61,879 bases of DNA from Candidatus Fermentibacteraceae bacterium. Lineage in GTDB: Bacteria; Fermentibacterota; Fermentibacteria; Fermentibacterales; JCC-6. The stretch spans positions 1-61,879 of the forward strand of contig JAUVJW010000001.1 of NCBI GenBank assembly GCA_030596465.1. The letters run 5' to 3'. Below, piece after piece: positions 17,326-27,279 of this stretch (within the stretch, counting starts at the first letter, position 1; each line of letters opens with the position of its first letter). The notes beneath the pieces were generated by a model that saw only the letters and a list, made by a program, of their open reading frames with translations, did no database searches and was not told the origin of the DNA. The translations under genes and the position numbers were made by a program.

Positions 17326-17928
17326 ATGGCAACTGTTAGTTACAGCGCAAAAGAGATTGACTGCAAGATTGTCTATGCAGGTCCGGGATTGTCCGGAAAA
17401 ACAACAAATGTTAAGTATATTCATGGTCAGGTAGCAACTGATTCACGGGGAAAGTTGATTTCTCTGGCTGCTGGTAATGACCGAACTTTGTTTTTTGATT
17501 TCCTGCCTCTTGATTCAGGAGAAATCAACGGTTTCAAAATTCGTCTTCACCTTTACAGCGTTCCAGGTCAGGCAATGTATTCCGACAGTCGCAGACTGAT
17601 ACTTCAAGGTGTTGATGGTATTGTTTTCGTTGCCGATTCTCAGAAATCAAGGATGGATGCCAACATCGCCAGTTTGAGAGATTTGAAGGAGAATCTCCGC
17701 ACCCAGAGGAGAAAAGGTGTCAGTCTGGTTTTGCAATGCAACAAAAGAGATCTTCATGACGCAATTCCTGTTAGTGAAATCGTTCGCGAACTTGGTTTAT
17801 CAAGAGTTGCATGTCTGGAATCAGTAGCATCAGAGGGAAAAGGCGTATTTGAAACACTGCGAAGGGTAAGCCGAATGGTAATTGCAAGGTTGCATAGACA
17901 ATTCGAAATACTGGAGGGAAGAGCCTGA
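17326..17928 (+). CDS. mglA: MglA-family Ras-like GTPase
   Basis: CKIVYAGPGLSGKTTN P-loop, DRTLFFDFLP (intrinsic Arg finger), LYSVPGQ, FVADSQ and NKRDL. It is collinear with Myxococcus MglA over the full length. Confidence 0.85.
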   Translation: MATVSYSAKEIDCKIVYAGPGLSGKTTNVKYIHGQVATDSRGKLISLAAGNDRTLFFDFLPLDSGEINGFKIRLHLYSVPGQAMYSDSRRLILQGVDGIVFVADSQKSRMDANIASLRDLKENLRTQRRKGVSLVLQCNKRDLHDAIPVSEIVRELGLSRVACLESVASEGKGVFETLRRVSRMVIARLHRQFEILEGRA

Positions 17929-19358
17929 TGTCTGATTCTTTCGTTGATCTGCTGCTGGTAAGACTGGGAAGGGAAGAGGAGAAAAAGAAAGTTCTTAAAC
18001 TTTTAATAACAAACCTTGACCTTTCAGTTACAGAGGCAGAGAATGCAGTAAACAACTCGCCATCAGTGATCAAAGAAGCCATTCCCATGAATGAAGCAAG
18101 AATTATCCAGAAGGATCTGTACCCCTATATTGATTTGCTGCCCAGGCTTGAAGATGAACCTGTAGATGAACCTGTGGATGAACCTGTGGATGAACCTGTG
18201 GATGAACCTGTAGTAGAAAATGAAGCAGAGGAGATACCTGAGGCGGATATTGAGCAGATCAGCACTGAGGATCTACCCCTGGAAGAAGATGAAATTTCTC
18301 AAGCCTCCGAGGTTGAAGAAGAAGATGAACCTATTGAGATAACATCGGCAAGTGAAGAAATTCTATCCACGAACAGATGTCACATCTGCGGAAGGATTCC
18401 TACAGACGGGGAAAGGCTGGCACCGTGCAGAACCTGCGGCAGACTGACTTGCAGAAACTGTTTCGACAGAATTGCCCATGTTTGTAATCATTGCGCGAAA
18501 GACGGCAGAACAATTGATCGCGCAAATGAGGGAATGGACAGCGAGGCAGAGGAGGGTCTTGAATTTGACACAGAGGAACCCACTGATGAAAACAGCGGAG
18601 GATCAAATGTTTTGAGGATTGTTGCCGGTATTCTCTTTATATTGGCACTTGCCACTGTTTTCTACTTTATAGATCCGATGGGTCTCTTTGCCGACGATCA
18701 ATCCACTGTTGTCGCAGATAATGCAGTTGATACTACCGCAGTAGTAGCGGAAGACTCAACCGATATCGATATTACAATACCTGCGGACTCAACGGATTTC
18801 CCTGAAATTATCGCAGACACTACCTCTCTTCCACCGGATACCCCGGCCATGGACGACCCTTTTGCAGTGCGGTCCCTGGCACTTCCCGATAGTTGTATTC
18901 CAGGAGAAAACCCACTCACTGTGAATTTTCATCTCAGAACTCCACGGGAAGTACATGCGGATATTCCAGAGATGGAAAGCGAAATCCTGTTTGATCAGAT
19001 TGAATTAATAGCATCCTCCATTCCAGTAGTGGTGGATGATGGTGCTTTTCTAGTTTATCATGATACCACAAGTGTGCTGGTTCTGGCTATTCTACACCCG
19101 GAAGAAGCAGGTGTACGAATACGGTTTATGCGCGATGTGGCAGCATGGCTTATTCCCACTCAGATCGACCAGCTTGTGCTTATCTACAGAGAGAACCGCT
19201 ATCAGGAAGCCATTCTTTTCAGTCTTGTGCAGGAGGCATTTCCGGATGTGGAGGGTGTTCTCAGCCCCAGACAGTTCCAGGGTATCTTAGGCTACAGAGA
19301 AGATTGCTGGGAATCTCTATGTGGCCCGGTGACTCAGTGGCTTTCCGCAATGGAATAG
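17928..19358 (+). CDS. Hypothetical membrane-anchored protein: L7/L12-CTD-like N-domain, acidic repeats, 4x CxxC zinc ribbon, one TM, C-terminal extracytoplasmic domain
   Basis: Start overlaps the mglA stop (ATGA-type junction at 17928). KKKVLKLLITNLDLSVTEAENAVNNSPSVIKEAIPMNEARIIQKDL resembles the L7/L12 C-terminal domain. Zinc-ribbon cysteines are CHIC..CRTC..CRNC..CNHC. The TM is VLRIVAGILFILALATVFYFI. Confidence 0.6.
   Translation: MSDSFVDLLLVRLGREEEKKKVLKLLITNLDLSVTEAENAVNNSPSVIKEAIPMNEARIIQKDLYPYIDLLPRLEDEPVDEPVDEPVDEPVDEPVVENEAEEIPEADIEQISTEDLPLEEDEISQASEVEEEDEPIEITSASEEILSTNRCHICGRIPTDGERLAPCRTCGRLTCRNCFDRIAHVCNHCAKDGRTIDRANEGMDSEAEEGLEFDTEEPTDENSGGSNVLRIVAGILFILALATVFYFIDPMGLFADDQSTVVADNAVDTTAVVAEDSTDIDITIPADSTDFPEIIADTTSLPPDTPAMDDPFAVRSLALPDSCIPGENPLTVNFHLRTPREVHADIPEMESEILFDQIELIASSIPVVVDDGAFLVYHDTTSVLVLAILHPEEAGVRIRFMRDVAAWLIPTQIDQLVLIYRENRYQEAILFSLVQEAFPDVEGVLSPRQFQGILGYREDCWESLCGPVTQWLSAME
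18153..18212 (+). repeat. Five tandem copies of a 12-bp unit (gatgaacctgtR) encoding (DEPV)5
   Basis: Read directly from the sequence. The units differ only at the last base (a,g,g,g,a). Confidence 0.95.
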
Positions 19359-19397
19359 TCGTTCTTTCAAGTTAAGACAAACAGGAGTTCTTTACCC

Positions 19398-21590
19398 ATG
19401 TCAAGAGATACTAAGAGAAAACTTGTTATAATAGAGTCCCCAGCCAAGGCCAAGAGTCTAAAAAGTTATCTTGGAAAGGGATGGGATGTTGTTGCCTCCT
19501 ACGGGCATGTAAGAGATTTACCCCTGAATCGTATTGGTGTTAACAGCGAAACACTTGAGCCAACATACACCGTTCTTCCCCAGAAAAGAACAGCAGTCGC
19601 AAAGCTCAGAAAAGTTGCCTCCGCCTACAAAGAGATTTATCTCGCGGCTGATCCTGACCGAGAGGGTGAAGCCATTTGCTGGCATATATATAAACTACTG
19701 CAAGGCAAGGATATTACCTTTAAGCGGATCAGATTCAATTCTATTACCAGAGATGCTATCAGAGCGGCTTCGACTGCAGCGACAGACATAGATATGGATC
19801 TTGTGGATGCTCAGCAGGCCAGGCGGGTAATGGATCGTCTGGTTGGATACAAGATAAGTCCTTATCTCTGGAGAACCGTGGGCAAGGGGCTCAGTGCCGG
19901 AAGAGTGCAGACAGTCGCGCTGAGACTGATTGTGGAGCGGGAATTGGCCATCAAAGGTTTTAATCCCAAAGAGTTCTGGCCTGTTACCGCGGAATTTGAA
20001 CAGAATGGTTCCAGATTACTGACAAAGCTTTTCAAGTTTGAAGGGAAAAGAGCTGACGGCGACAGGTATTCTCCCAGCGACAAAGAAAAGGCGGATACTG
20101 TTCTGGAAAGGGTGCGCGAAGCCCTCTGGGAGATTGATTCGATTGAAGAGAAGAAGAAGGCCAGAAAGCCTGTTCCCCCTTTCATTACAAGTTCTCTTCA
20201 GGTTGCCGCATCAGGGCGATTATCTATGCCGCCATCTGTAACAATGAGAATTGCGCAGGATCTTTATGAAGGGTATGAAATAAACGGTGAAACCACAGGC
20301 CTTATTACATACATGCGTACAGACTCGGTTCGAATAGAACCTGCCGCTATCGAAGAGTGCCGCGGATTCATTACAGAAAAATGGGGAGTTGATAAGCTTT
20401 CACCCAGGCCAAGACGATACAGAGCCAGCGGTGGAGCCCAGGATGCACATGAAGCAATAAGACCCACCGATATAAAGCGTACTCCCGAGCTTATGGCAGC
20501 ATTTCTTGACCCCAGGCATCTGAAGCTTTACACGATGATCTGGAAACGTTTTGCGGCTACTCAGATGGCTGATGCCGTTGTTGCTGAAACTGTTGTACTT
20601 GTTTCAGGAGCCGATGCGGTTTTTAAAGCCACCGGACAGAAGATAGTCAGCCCCGGTTTTTCAATTGCAGATCCCGCACAGCTGAAAGTCACCGGTGAAA
20701 TCCCATCTCTGACGGAAGGTTCCGTCGATCTTGTGGATGTGTCTGCGGAACAGAAGTTCACAAAACCTCTTCCCAGGTACTCTGAAGCTGCACTTGTATC
20801 AGAAATGAAAAAGAAGGCAATCGGCAGACCTTCCACTTATGTATCAATAATTGCTACTCTTAAAAAGCGTACATATGTCGAGCTGAAGGAAAAGAAACTG
20901 TTTCCAACAGAGGTGGGAATGGTAACAACAGATCTTCTTATCCGACTTTTCCCTCATCTCTTTGATGTGGGGTTTACAGCCAGGCTTGAAGATTTACTTG
21001 ATCTTGTAGCCTCAGGAAAGAAAACCTACAAAGAAGCGGTTTCTCAACTCTATACTCCTCTTGCGGCCTCTCTGGAGGAAGCTATGAGACGCCTTCCCGA
21101 GATAAAGGCCTCAATGGTTAAGGAAACCCCGGAGAAGTGTCCTCTTTGCGGAAAAACGCTTCTTGAAAAAATGGGCAAATTTGGAAAATTCCTGGCCTGC
21201 AGCGGTTTTCCATCATGCAGGTATACCCGTCCACTGGGAGAGGTTGCCGAGGCAGCTATGTCAGATGTAAAGTGTTCTGAATGTGGCAGAAATATGATTA
21301 TCAGAAAAGGCAGGTATGGCAGATATCTCGCTTGTTCTGACCCCAATTGCGGTCGTACACAGCCTGTTCCGGTAGGTGTAAAGTGTCCTGTTGAAAACTG
21401 CACAGGGGAACTTGTCGAAAGAAAGTCCCGAAAGGGTAAGTTGTTTTATTCGTGCAGCAGATACCCGGACTGCGATTTTGCCATGTGGAGTAAACCTGTG
21501 GCGAGAGAGTGTCCCAGATGTGGATTCCCCCTGCTTGAAGAGCGAAAGAAAGGGGTGTTCTGTCCCAGTTGCAAGAAGAAGATAGACTGA
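19398..21590 (+). CDS. topA: DNA topoisomerase I (type IA) with four C-terminal zinc ribbons
   Basis: Toprim LVIIESPAKAKSL, active-site GLITYMRTDS, and C-terminal CxxC...CxxC modules. Confidence 0.95.
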   Translation: MSRDTKRKLVIIESPAKAKSLKSYLGKGWDVVASYGHVRDLPLNRIGVNSETLEPTYTVLPQKRTAVAKLRKVASAYKEIYLAADPDREGEAICWHIYKLLQGKDITFKRIRFNSITRDAIRAASTAATDIDMDLVDAQQARRVMDRLVGYKISPYLWRTVGKGLSAGRVQTVALRLIVERELAIKGFNPKEFWPVTAEFEQNGSRLLTKLFKFEGKRADGDRYSPSDKEKADTVLERVREALWEIDSIEEKKKARKPVPPFITSSLQVAASGRLSMPPSVTMRIAQDLYEGYEINGETTGLITYMRTDSVRIEPAAIEECRGFITEKWGVDKLSPRPRRYRASGGAQDAHEAIRPTDIKRTPELMAAFLDPRHLKLYTMIWKRFAATQMADAVVAETVVLVSGADAVFKATGQKIVSPGFSIADPAQLKVTGEIPSLTEGSVDLVDVSAEQKFTKPLPRYSEAALVSEMKKKAIGRPSTYVSIIATLKKRTYVELKEKKLFPTEVGMVTTDLLIRLFPHLFDVGFTARLEDLLDLVASGKKTYKEAVSQLYTPLAASLEEAMRRLPEIKASMVKETPEKCPLCGKTLLEKMGKFGKFLACSGFPSCRYTRPLGEVAEAAMSDVKCSECGRNMIIRKGRYGRYLACSDPNCGRTQPVPVGVKCPVENCTGELVERKSRKGKLFYSCSRYPDCDFAMWSKPVARECPRCGFPLLEERKKGVFCPSCKKKID

Positions 21591-22459
21591 TTCTGGAGTC
21601 ATTCAGAGATGAACTCAGCTATGGCAGGGGGCTTTCCCCGATTACGGTGAATGCATACACTGCTCAGATGACTGATTTTGTCAATAGCGGGGGCTCACTT
21701 AATAAGGGCTTCAGCGTGAGATCCATGCGTGAATTCCTCATGCAGCGGGCTTCTACAGGTTTATCACCCCGGACAATTGCCAGAATGGTCAGTTGTTTTC
21801 ATACTTTTTCAAGCTGGCTTGTGGAAACAGGGCGGTCTGAAGTTGACCATGCTCAGTTACTTCAACCTCCCAAAGTACCCTGTAATCTTCCGGGATTTCT
21901 GGGTATCAGCGAGGTAAAAAGCGTTCTTAACTCGTATGATCTTTCAGTGTCCAGGGGAATCCGCAACAGAGCCGTGGTGGAACTGCTGTATGGAGCCGGT
22001 CTCAGGGCTGCGGAAGCGGCATCTCTTCTTCTTCACAACACAGATATCACAGAGGGAACAGTGAAAGTAATGGGGAAAGGGAGAAGAGAAAGAATTGTTC
22101 CGGTTCCGGCAGGAACTGCGGAATATTTAGATAAATGGATACACAAACGATTTGAGTTCGTGTCGAATGAGGATCCGGGCACTCTTTTTATAAGTGTCAG
22201 GGGACGAAAGCTTGACCCCAGAGATATACGGCGTATTGTTTCAGCAGGCGTAGAAAGAGCAGCAAGAGCGGCAGGAGCCACACCTCATACCTTCAGGCAC
22301 AGCTTTGCCACCCATCTTCTGAACGGAGGAGCTGACATCAGAACTGTTCAGGAACTGCTGGGTCATGCCGGGATAGGGACAACACAGATATACACACACC
22401 TGACAACGGAGAAGTTGAAAGGTATTTACATGCAGTCACACCCCAGGGGGAAAAAGTGA
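21569..22459 (+). CDS. xerC: Tyrosine recombinase XerC/XerD family
   Basis: LLYGAGLRAAE, HTFRHSFATHLL and LLGHAGIGTTQIYTHL (R-H-R-Y catalytic set). TTG start overlapping the topA end; the start is uncertain. Confidence 0.85.
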   Translation: MQEEDRLILESFRDELSYGRGLSPITVNAYTAQMTDFVNSGGSLNKGFSVRSMREFLMQRASTGLSPRTIARMVSCFHTFSSWLVETGRSEVDHAQLLQPPKVPCNLPGFLGISEVKSVLNSYDLSVSRGIRNRAVVELLYGAGLRAAEAASLLLHNTDITEGTVKVMGKGRRERIVPVPAGTAEYLDKWIHKRFEFVSNEDPGTLFISVRGRKLDPRDIRRIVSAGVERAARAAGATPHTFRHSFATHLLNGGADIRTVQELLGHAGIGTTQIYTHLTTEKLKGIYMQSHPRGKK

Positions 22460-25398
22460 ATATTAAAGGTGCGTTCACCACTGACAGGATCTTCGCGGTT
22501 GTTACGGCCCTGATTGCTTTCACAGTTTATGTTATCACACTGGCGCCGTCTGTCAGTTTCTGGGACAGCGGGGAATACATCACATGTTCGTGGGTTGCCG
22601 GGGTTCCACATCCTCCGGGTGTCCCGTTCTTCGTACTTCTGGGACGGGTAAGTACAATCATTTTCGGTTTCATTCCTTCCATTGCCGCACGGGTGAATCT
22701 GATGTGTGCCATTGCGGGAACGGTAACAATTGGTCTTCTTGCCCGGTTGATACAAAGATGGGGTGTGAGGCTTAATTATGAACCCTGGCTTTACAGACCG
22801 ATCTCTGCCGCGGGGGCACTTATGGCAGCCTTCAGCTATACTGTCTGGAGAAACAATAATGCCACGGAGACCTATGCCATGGCTGGCCTTCTTTCCCTTC
22901 TTATTCTCTGGGTTTTTGACCTGTGGATAGAGAGGCGGCTGCATGGCAAGCCCGCAGGAAGACAATTGCTTCTTACCGGTTACCTGATGACTCTTGCCAT
23001 CGGTAATCACCTCAGTGCTCTTATTGTTACCTTTCCAATTATTGCAATGTATGTTTTATACGCGTTCAGAAAGAAAACACATGAATGGAAATCCCCCGGT
23101 TTCCTCGTGATGTTCATGGGGCTCATGATTCTTGCTTTCAGCATTCACCTTTATATGCCCCTTCGTGCCATACAGAATCCTGAAATTAACGAAACAAATT
23201 CATCAGTCTGGACAGAATTCAAGGAAGCCCTGGAAAGAAAGCAGTACGGTCAAGTTTCCATATTCAACAGGAAGGGACCATTCCAGGATCAGCTGGGACT
23301 TTTTGCTGAATACCTCTCCTGGCAGGTGGGAAGACCTGAGGCGTGGACCGGAGCAATGGGCACACCCGGAGGAGTTATGTGGGCTTTTCTCTGGATGGGT
23401 ACGGCTGTTTTAGCGGTTACCGGTCTTGCGGTTCTTGGTATGAGACGAAAGGATCTGCTTCTTCTGGTTGGTCTATCTTTTATTATGGCAAGTCTGGCCT
23501 TTGTGGTCTATCTGAATTTCAAAACCGGTCCGGAGGGCACGCTTTTGGGAGAGGTCAGGGAAAGAGATTATTTCTTTGGCGCTTCATTCATTTTCTTCGC
23601 GGCGCTTTCCATGTTGGGGCTGGGCTCTATGTTCGCCTCGGCAAAAAGCAGACTTCTTAAAAACGCAGCCTGGTCCATGCTGCTGTTTCCAATGATTTCT
23701 CTTGCAATGAACTGGCATCATTGTGACAGATCAGGTGATTATGTAGCGAGGGACTATGGCATTAATTTACTGCAATCCTGTCCGGAAAATGCTGTGATAA
23801 TAACCAACGGTGATAATGACACATTCCCGCTGTGGTTCGCTCAAGGTGTTCTGGGTGTGCGGAGGGATGTGATTATTTCCAACCTCAGTCTTATGAATAC
23901 AAGATGGTATGTACGTCAGCTTGTTATCAAAGACCCTGATCTGTTAAGCTACTCTGACGAAATAATTGACAGTATGCAACCGGTATTTATCTGGGGTCCT
24001 AACTTTTTTCATGTGTCTGCGGATGGATTACCTGCTTCAGGTGCAATTGACAGGCAGATTCTTGATGCTACTTTCAACCGCCAGTGGCCCTGGGCTCTTG
24101 TTGAAGGGGAACTCAGTATTCCGGTACCCGCGATGGGTCGTGGAGGTCAGGGGTCTGTTCCAATGCAGGATCTTCTTCTGATTGACATGATCGGAAACAG
24201 GGATGTTCACGGCAGGGAAATAATGATAGCGGGTACGGTTTCCGGCGCAAACAGAGAGTATGTCGAGGACTATCTTCAAATGGATGGTATAGCCTTTCGG
24301 GTGATGAACAATTCTGCTCACCGGCGTGTAAACACCGAGATTGGATGGGCTCTTGCGGAACAGTTCCTTACAACCGGTCTGGAGGATCCCGGCGTTTACA
24401 AGGATGACCAGGCTATACAAATTGCCAGAAACTATGTAAGTGCCTACAACCGCCTGGCATATCAATTCATGGCAGAAGGAAATCCGGAGATGGTTCAGGT
24501 ATGCCTGGATCGTTCAGAATCGCTTTTTTCCGCCATGCCGGAAGAATGGTTAATTATCATGCCCAGTTTTGTTCTTCTGAAAGCCAGATTTATTCACGGT
24601 TATCAGGGTGTTGACGCCGCGATAGCTTATGTGGCTGATGAAACATCATACATGGACAGCATGGCTGTTGTTTACGGCAACCGCAGCGCTGCAACCGCAG
24701 CAGCTCAACTTGCCTCTATCACCCGTGAGTTCGAACAGGAAACAGCTTTTGATGGGGTGATCGATTTTATCAGTGACGGCTCTCCCGCTCAGGAATGGAT
24801 TCGTATAGAAAAGGATCTCTCTTTCGGAAACTACATTGCCGCCAGAAGACACCTTGAGGAACTCCACGCGGAATGGGGAACAGAGTACCAGCCGCTTCTG
24901 GATCTTATGGAGGAAACTGTTGACATATTCACCATATACAGCCCGATTGGCAGTGGTCTCAGCATGATGGATACTGCTCTTGCGTCTGTTTTTTCTCACA
25001 CCGACCATACAAGTGCTTCTCTGGAATGGAGCGATGATATTTCAGCGGCATCCGTTGTTGTTGAGATGGTGGGGCTTGCCTCCCGGGGCGGTATAATGTC
25101 AGCTGTTTCACTGGGCAGCATAATGGCTTCAGTTATTGAATCAGAGCCGGAGGCACAACTTCTCACCGATCTGTGCAATGTTTTTATTGCTGACCCGGAA
25201 CAGGCAGAAGAACTTGCCCTCTGGTTTCTTCTTTCAACGGGAACATTTTCACCGGAGGCCAGAGCAGTGAACCTCGCGGATAATGGATTCGCGGGTCTCA
25301 GCTACGCCATTCTTGTAAACGAGCTTGGAATGACGCAGGAGGAGGCAATGATACTCAGTCTTTCCGGACAGAACCTGGCCGGACTGCTGGAGGAGTAA
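22456..25398 (+). CDS. DUF2723/TMEM260-like GT-C fold membrane glycosyltransferase with large C-terminal helical domain
   Basis: LAPSVSFWDSGEYITCSWVAGVPHPPGVPFFVLLGR is the DUF2723 signature. About 11 TM spans are followed by a soluble region of about 500 aa. GTG start overlaps the xerC stop, and its stop overlaps the hslV ATG. Confidence 0.8.
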   Translation: MNIKGAFTTDRIFAVVTALIAFTVYVITLAPSVSFWDSGEYITCSWVAGVPHPPGVPFFVLLGRVSTIIFGFIPSIAARVNLMCAIAGTVTIGLLARLIQRWGVRLNYEPWLYRPISAAGALMAAFSYTVWRNNNATETYAMAGLLSLLILWVFDLWIERRLHGKPAGRQLLLTGYLMTLAIGNHLSALIVTFPIIAMYVLYAFRKKTHEWKSPGFLVMFMGLMILAFSIHLYMPLRAIQNPEINETNSSVWTEFKEALERKQYGQVSIFNRKGPFQDQLGLFAEYLSWQVGRPEAWTGAMGTPGGVMWAFLWMGTAVLAVTGLAVLGMRRKDLLLLVGLSFIMASLAFVVYLNFKTGPEGTLLGEVRERDYFFGASFIFFAALSMLGLGSMFASAKSRLLKNAAWSMLLFPMISLAMNWHHCDRSGDYVARDYGINLLQSCPENAVIITNGDNDTFPLWFAQGVLGVRRDVIISNLSLMNTRWYVRQLVIKDPDLLSYSDEIIDSMQPVFIWGPNFFHVSADGLPASGAIDRQILDATFNRQWPWALVEGELSIPVPAMGRGGQGSVPMQDLLLIDMIGNRDVHGREIMIAGTVSGANREYVEDYLQMDGIAFRVMNNSAHRRVNTEIGWALAEQFLTTGLEDPGVYKDDQAIQIARNYVSAYNRLAYQFMAEGNPEMVQVCLDRSESLFSAMPEEWLIIMPSFVLLKARFIHGYQGVDAAIAYVADETSYMDSMAVVYGNRSAATAAAQLASITREFEQETAFDGVIDFISDGSPAQEWIRIEKDLSFGNYIAARRHLEELHAEWGTEYQPLLDLMEETVDIFTIYSPIGSGLSMMDTALASVFSHTDHTSASLEWSDDISAASVVVEMVGLASRGGIMSAVSLGSIMASVIESEPEAQLLTDLCNVFIADPEQAEELALWFLLSTGTFSPEARAVNLADNGFAGLSYAILVNELGMTQEEAMILSLSGQNLAGLLEE

Positions 25399-25946
25399 TG
25401 AATTTTAGATCAACAACAGTTATAGGAATAGTAAAAAACGGCAAAGCCGCAATGGCCGCTGATGGTCAGGTTACTCTTGGTGATACCATTATGAAGATGA
25501 GCGCCAAGAAATTAAGAAAACTTTGCGGTGGAACTGTGCTTGTGGGTTTCTCCGGTGCCAGCGCCGATGCTTTCGCGCTGGTGGAAAGACTTGAGGAAAA
25601 ATTGGAGGCTTTCAGGGGTAATCTTCCCAGAGCTTCCATTGAACTGGCCAGGGAATGGAGAACTGATAAATATCTCCGTGAGCTAAACGCTATGCTTGCC
25701 GCGGTAGACAGTAATCATGCTCTTATTATAGGAGGTTCCGGTGAGGTGGTTGAATCTCCGGATGGTATTGTTTCAGTGGGTTCCGGGTCTCCTTACGCTA
25801 TAGCAGCCGCCAGAGCCCTGATGAAATACACCAGAATGGGACCGCTCAGGGTTGCAAGAGAGTCAATCTCCATTGCGAGCGATATATGTATTTACACCGG
25901 GGGAGAGCTTCAGTCGGAGGAAATATGCAAACAGCAAAAACGATGA
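25398..25946 (+). CDS. hslV: ATP-dependent protease subunit HslV
   Basis: N-terminal catalytic Thr context [22 protein letters not shown], plus GSGSPYA. Confidence 0.9.
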   Translation: MNFRSTTVIGIVKNGKAAMAADGQVTLGDTIMKMSAKKLRKLCGGTVLVGFSGASADAFALVERLEEKLEAFRGNLPRASIELAREWRTDKYLRELNAMLAAVDSNHALIIGGSGEVVESPDGIVSVGSGSPYAIAAARALMKYTRMGPLRVARESISIASDICIYTGGELQSEEICKQQKR

Positions 25947-27244
25947 CACCGGCGGAGATAGTCACATGGCTTGACCGGCATGTTATCGGGCAGGATCAGG
26001 CTAAAAGAACGGTCGCCATTGCTTTGCGAAACAGGTACAGAAGAAGGCTGGTGGATGAACCCATGCAGTCGGAAATATATCCGAGCAATCTTATCATGAT
26101 GGGTCCTACAGGAGTTGGAAAAACAGAGATTGCAAGGCGGATGGCCAATCTGGTCGGGGCTCCATTCGTAAAAGTTGAGGCAACCAAGTACACTGAGACC
26201 GGTTATGTGGGCAGAGATGTGGAAGGAATTATCAGAGATCTTGTTCGCTCTGCCGTTAATCTTGCCACCAGTAAAGCCCGTGAATAGAAAAGCGAAGAGG
26301 CCGAAACAAGGGTTAGTACAAGGCTTCTTGATGCAGTTTCAAAAAATGGTGTTGATTATGGATCCCGGGATGAACTCGCGGAATTGCTTCACAGAGGAAG
26401 ACTTGATACCCTGGAAATTGAACTTTCTGTGACAGAAAGAGCAATGGGTGTTGAGGTGTTTCCAATGATCCCCGGACAGGGATTCGATAATCAGATGAAT
26501 GACCAGATGAAAAAAATGCTGGAGAAAGTAATCGGGAAGCGAAGGAAAAAAATCAGGATTACCGTTGCTGAAGCGAGAAAAAAGCTTTTTGATGACGAGA
26601 TGACCAGAATTCTGGACAGCGGAGATCATATTCAGGAAGGTCTTAAGCTTGCTCAGGAAGAAGGCATTGTTTTCTTTGATGAGATAGACAAGATCATTGG
26701 ATCAGAGGGAGGCAGTGGTCCTGATGTTTCCAGAATGGGAGTTCAGAGAGATCTTCTCCCGCTGGTTGAGGGCAGCACGGTAGCAACAAGATATGGCCCC
26801 GTAAAAACAGATCACATCTTGTTTATTGCCGCCGGGGCTTTCCACGGAAGCAGCCCGGCCGACCTGATTCCTGAGCTGCAGGGAAGATTTCCCCTCAGGG
26901 TCGCGCTTGATCCACTTTCCGAGAAAGACCTTCTTCGAATTCTTACCGAACCTGAAAGTTGTATCCTGGATCAGTATGTGCAGCTTCTTGACGCTGACGG
27001 TCTGGAACTTATTGTAGAGGAGCAGGCTAAGAGGAAAATTGCATCTGTTGCAAGATATCTTAATGAGGAAAAGGAAGACATTGGAGCCAGGCGACTCAGG
27101 TCGGTTCTTTCCTTCCTTCTTGATGAATACCTCTTCGGCGCGCCGGATCTGATTCAAGGAAGAGTCAGGCTTACCGGAAAGAAGGCACAGAACAGACTTG
27201 GAGTGCTGGTTGAAAGAAAGGACGAAGAAGGTTATATTCTCTAG
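25925..27244 (+). pseudogene. hslU: hslU (AAA+ unfoldase) interrupted by one in-frame TAG at 26285-26287
   Basis: ORFs 25886-26287 and 26384-27244 share one frame, and the 32 codons between them are stop-free. [21 protein letters not shown], Walker [23 protein letters not shown] and GPDVSRMGVQRDLLPLVEG are all intact. The start is ATG 25925 or 25943. Confidence 0.85.
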
Positions 27245-27279
27245 AATTACAGGGGGTATCATTATGAATAGGGGGAGGG

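Noticed and set aside
18700-19358. The C-terminal domain of the MglA-adjacent protein as a hidden MglB/roadblock GAP.
   Set aside because: It lies beyond the single TM helix, so it is probably extracytoplasmic, and it shows no roadblock/LC7 pattern that I can recognise.
26285-26287. TAG decoded as pyrrolysine, or a reassigned genetic code.
   Set aside because: TAG terminates queE (1435-1437) and hslU itself (27242-27244) at positions that fit full-length proteins. No pyl genes are seen in the window. This cannot be excluded genome-wide, but it is unsupported here.
26175-26432. An 85-aa ORF in another frame bridging the two hslU pieces, which would suggest a frameshift.
   Set aside because: Both hslU pieces are in the same frame and the gap translates cleanly. 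The disruption is a single TAG, not a frameshift.
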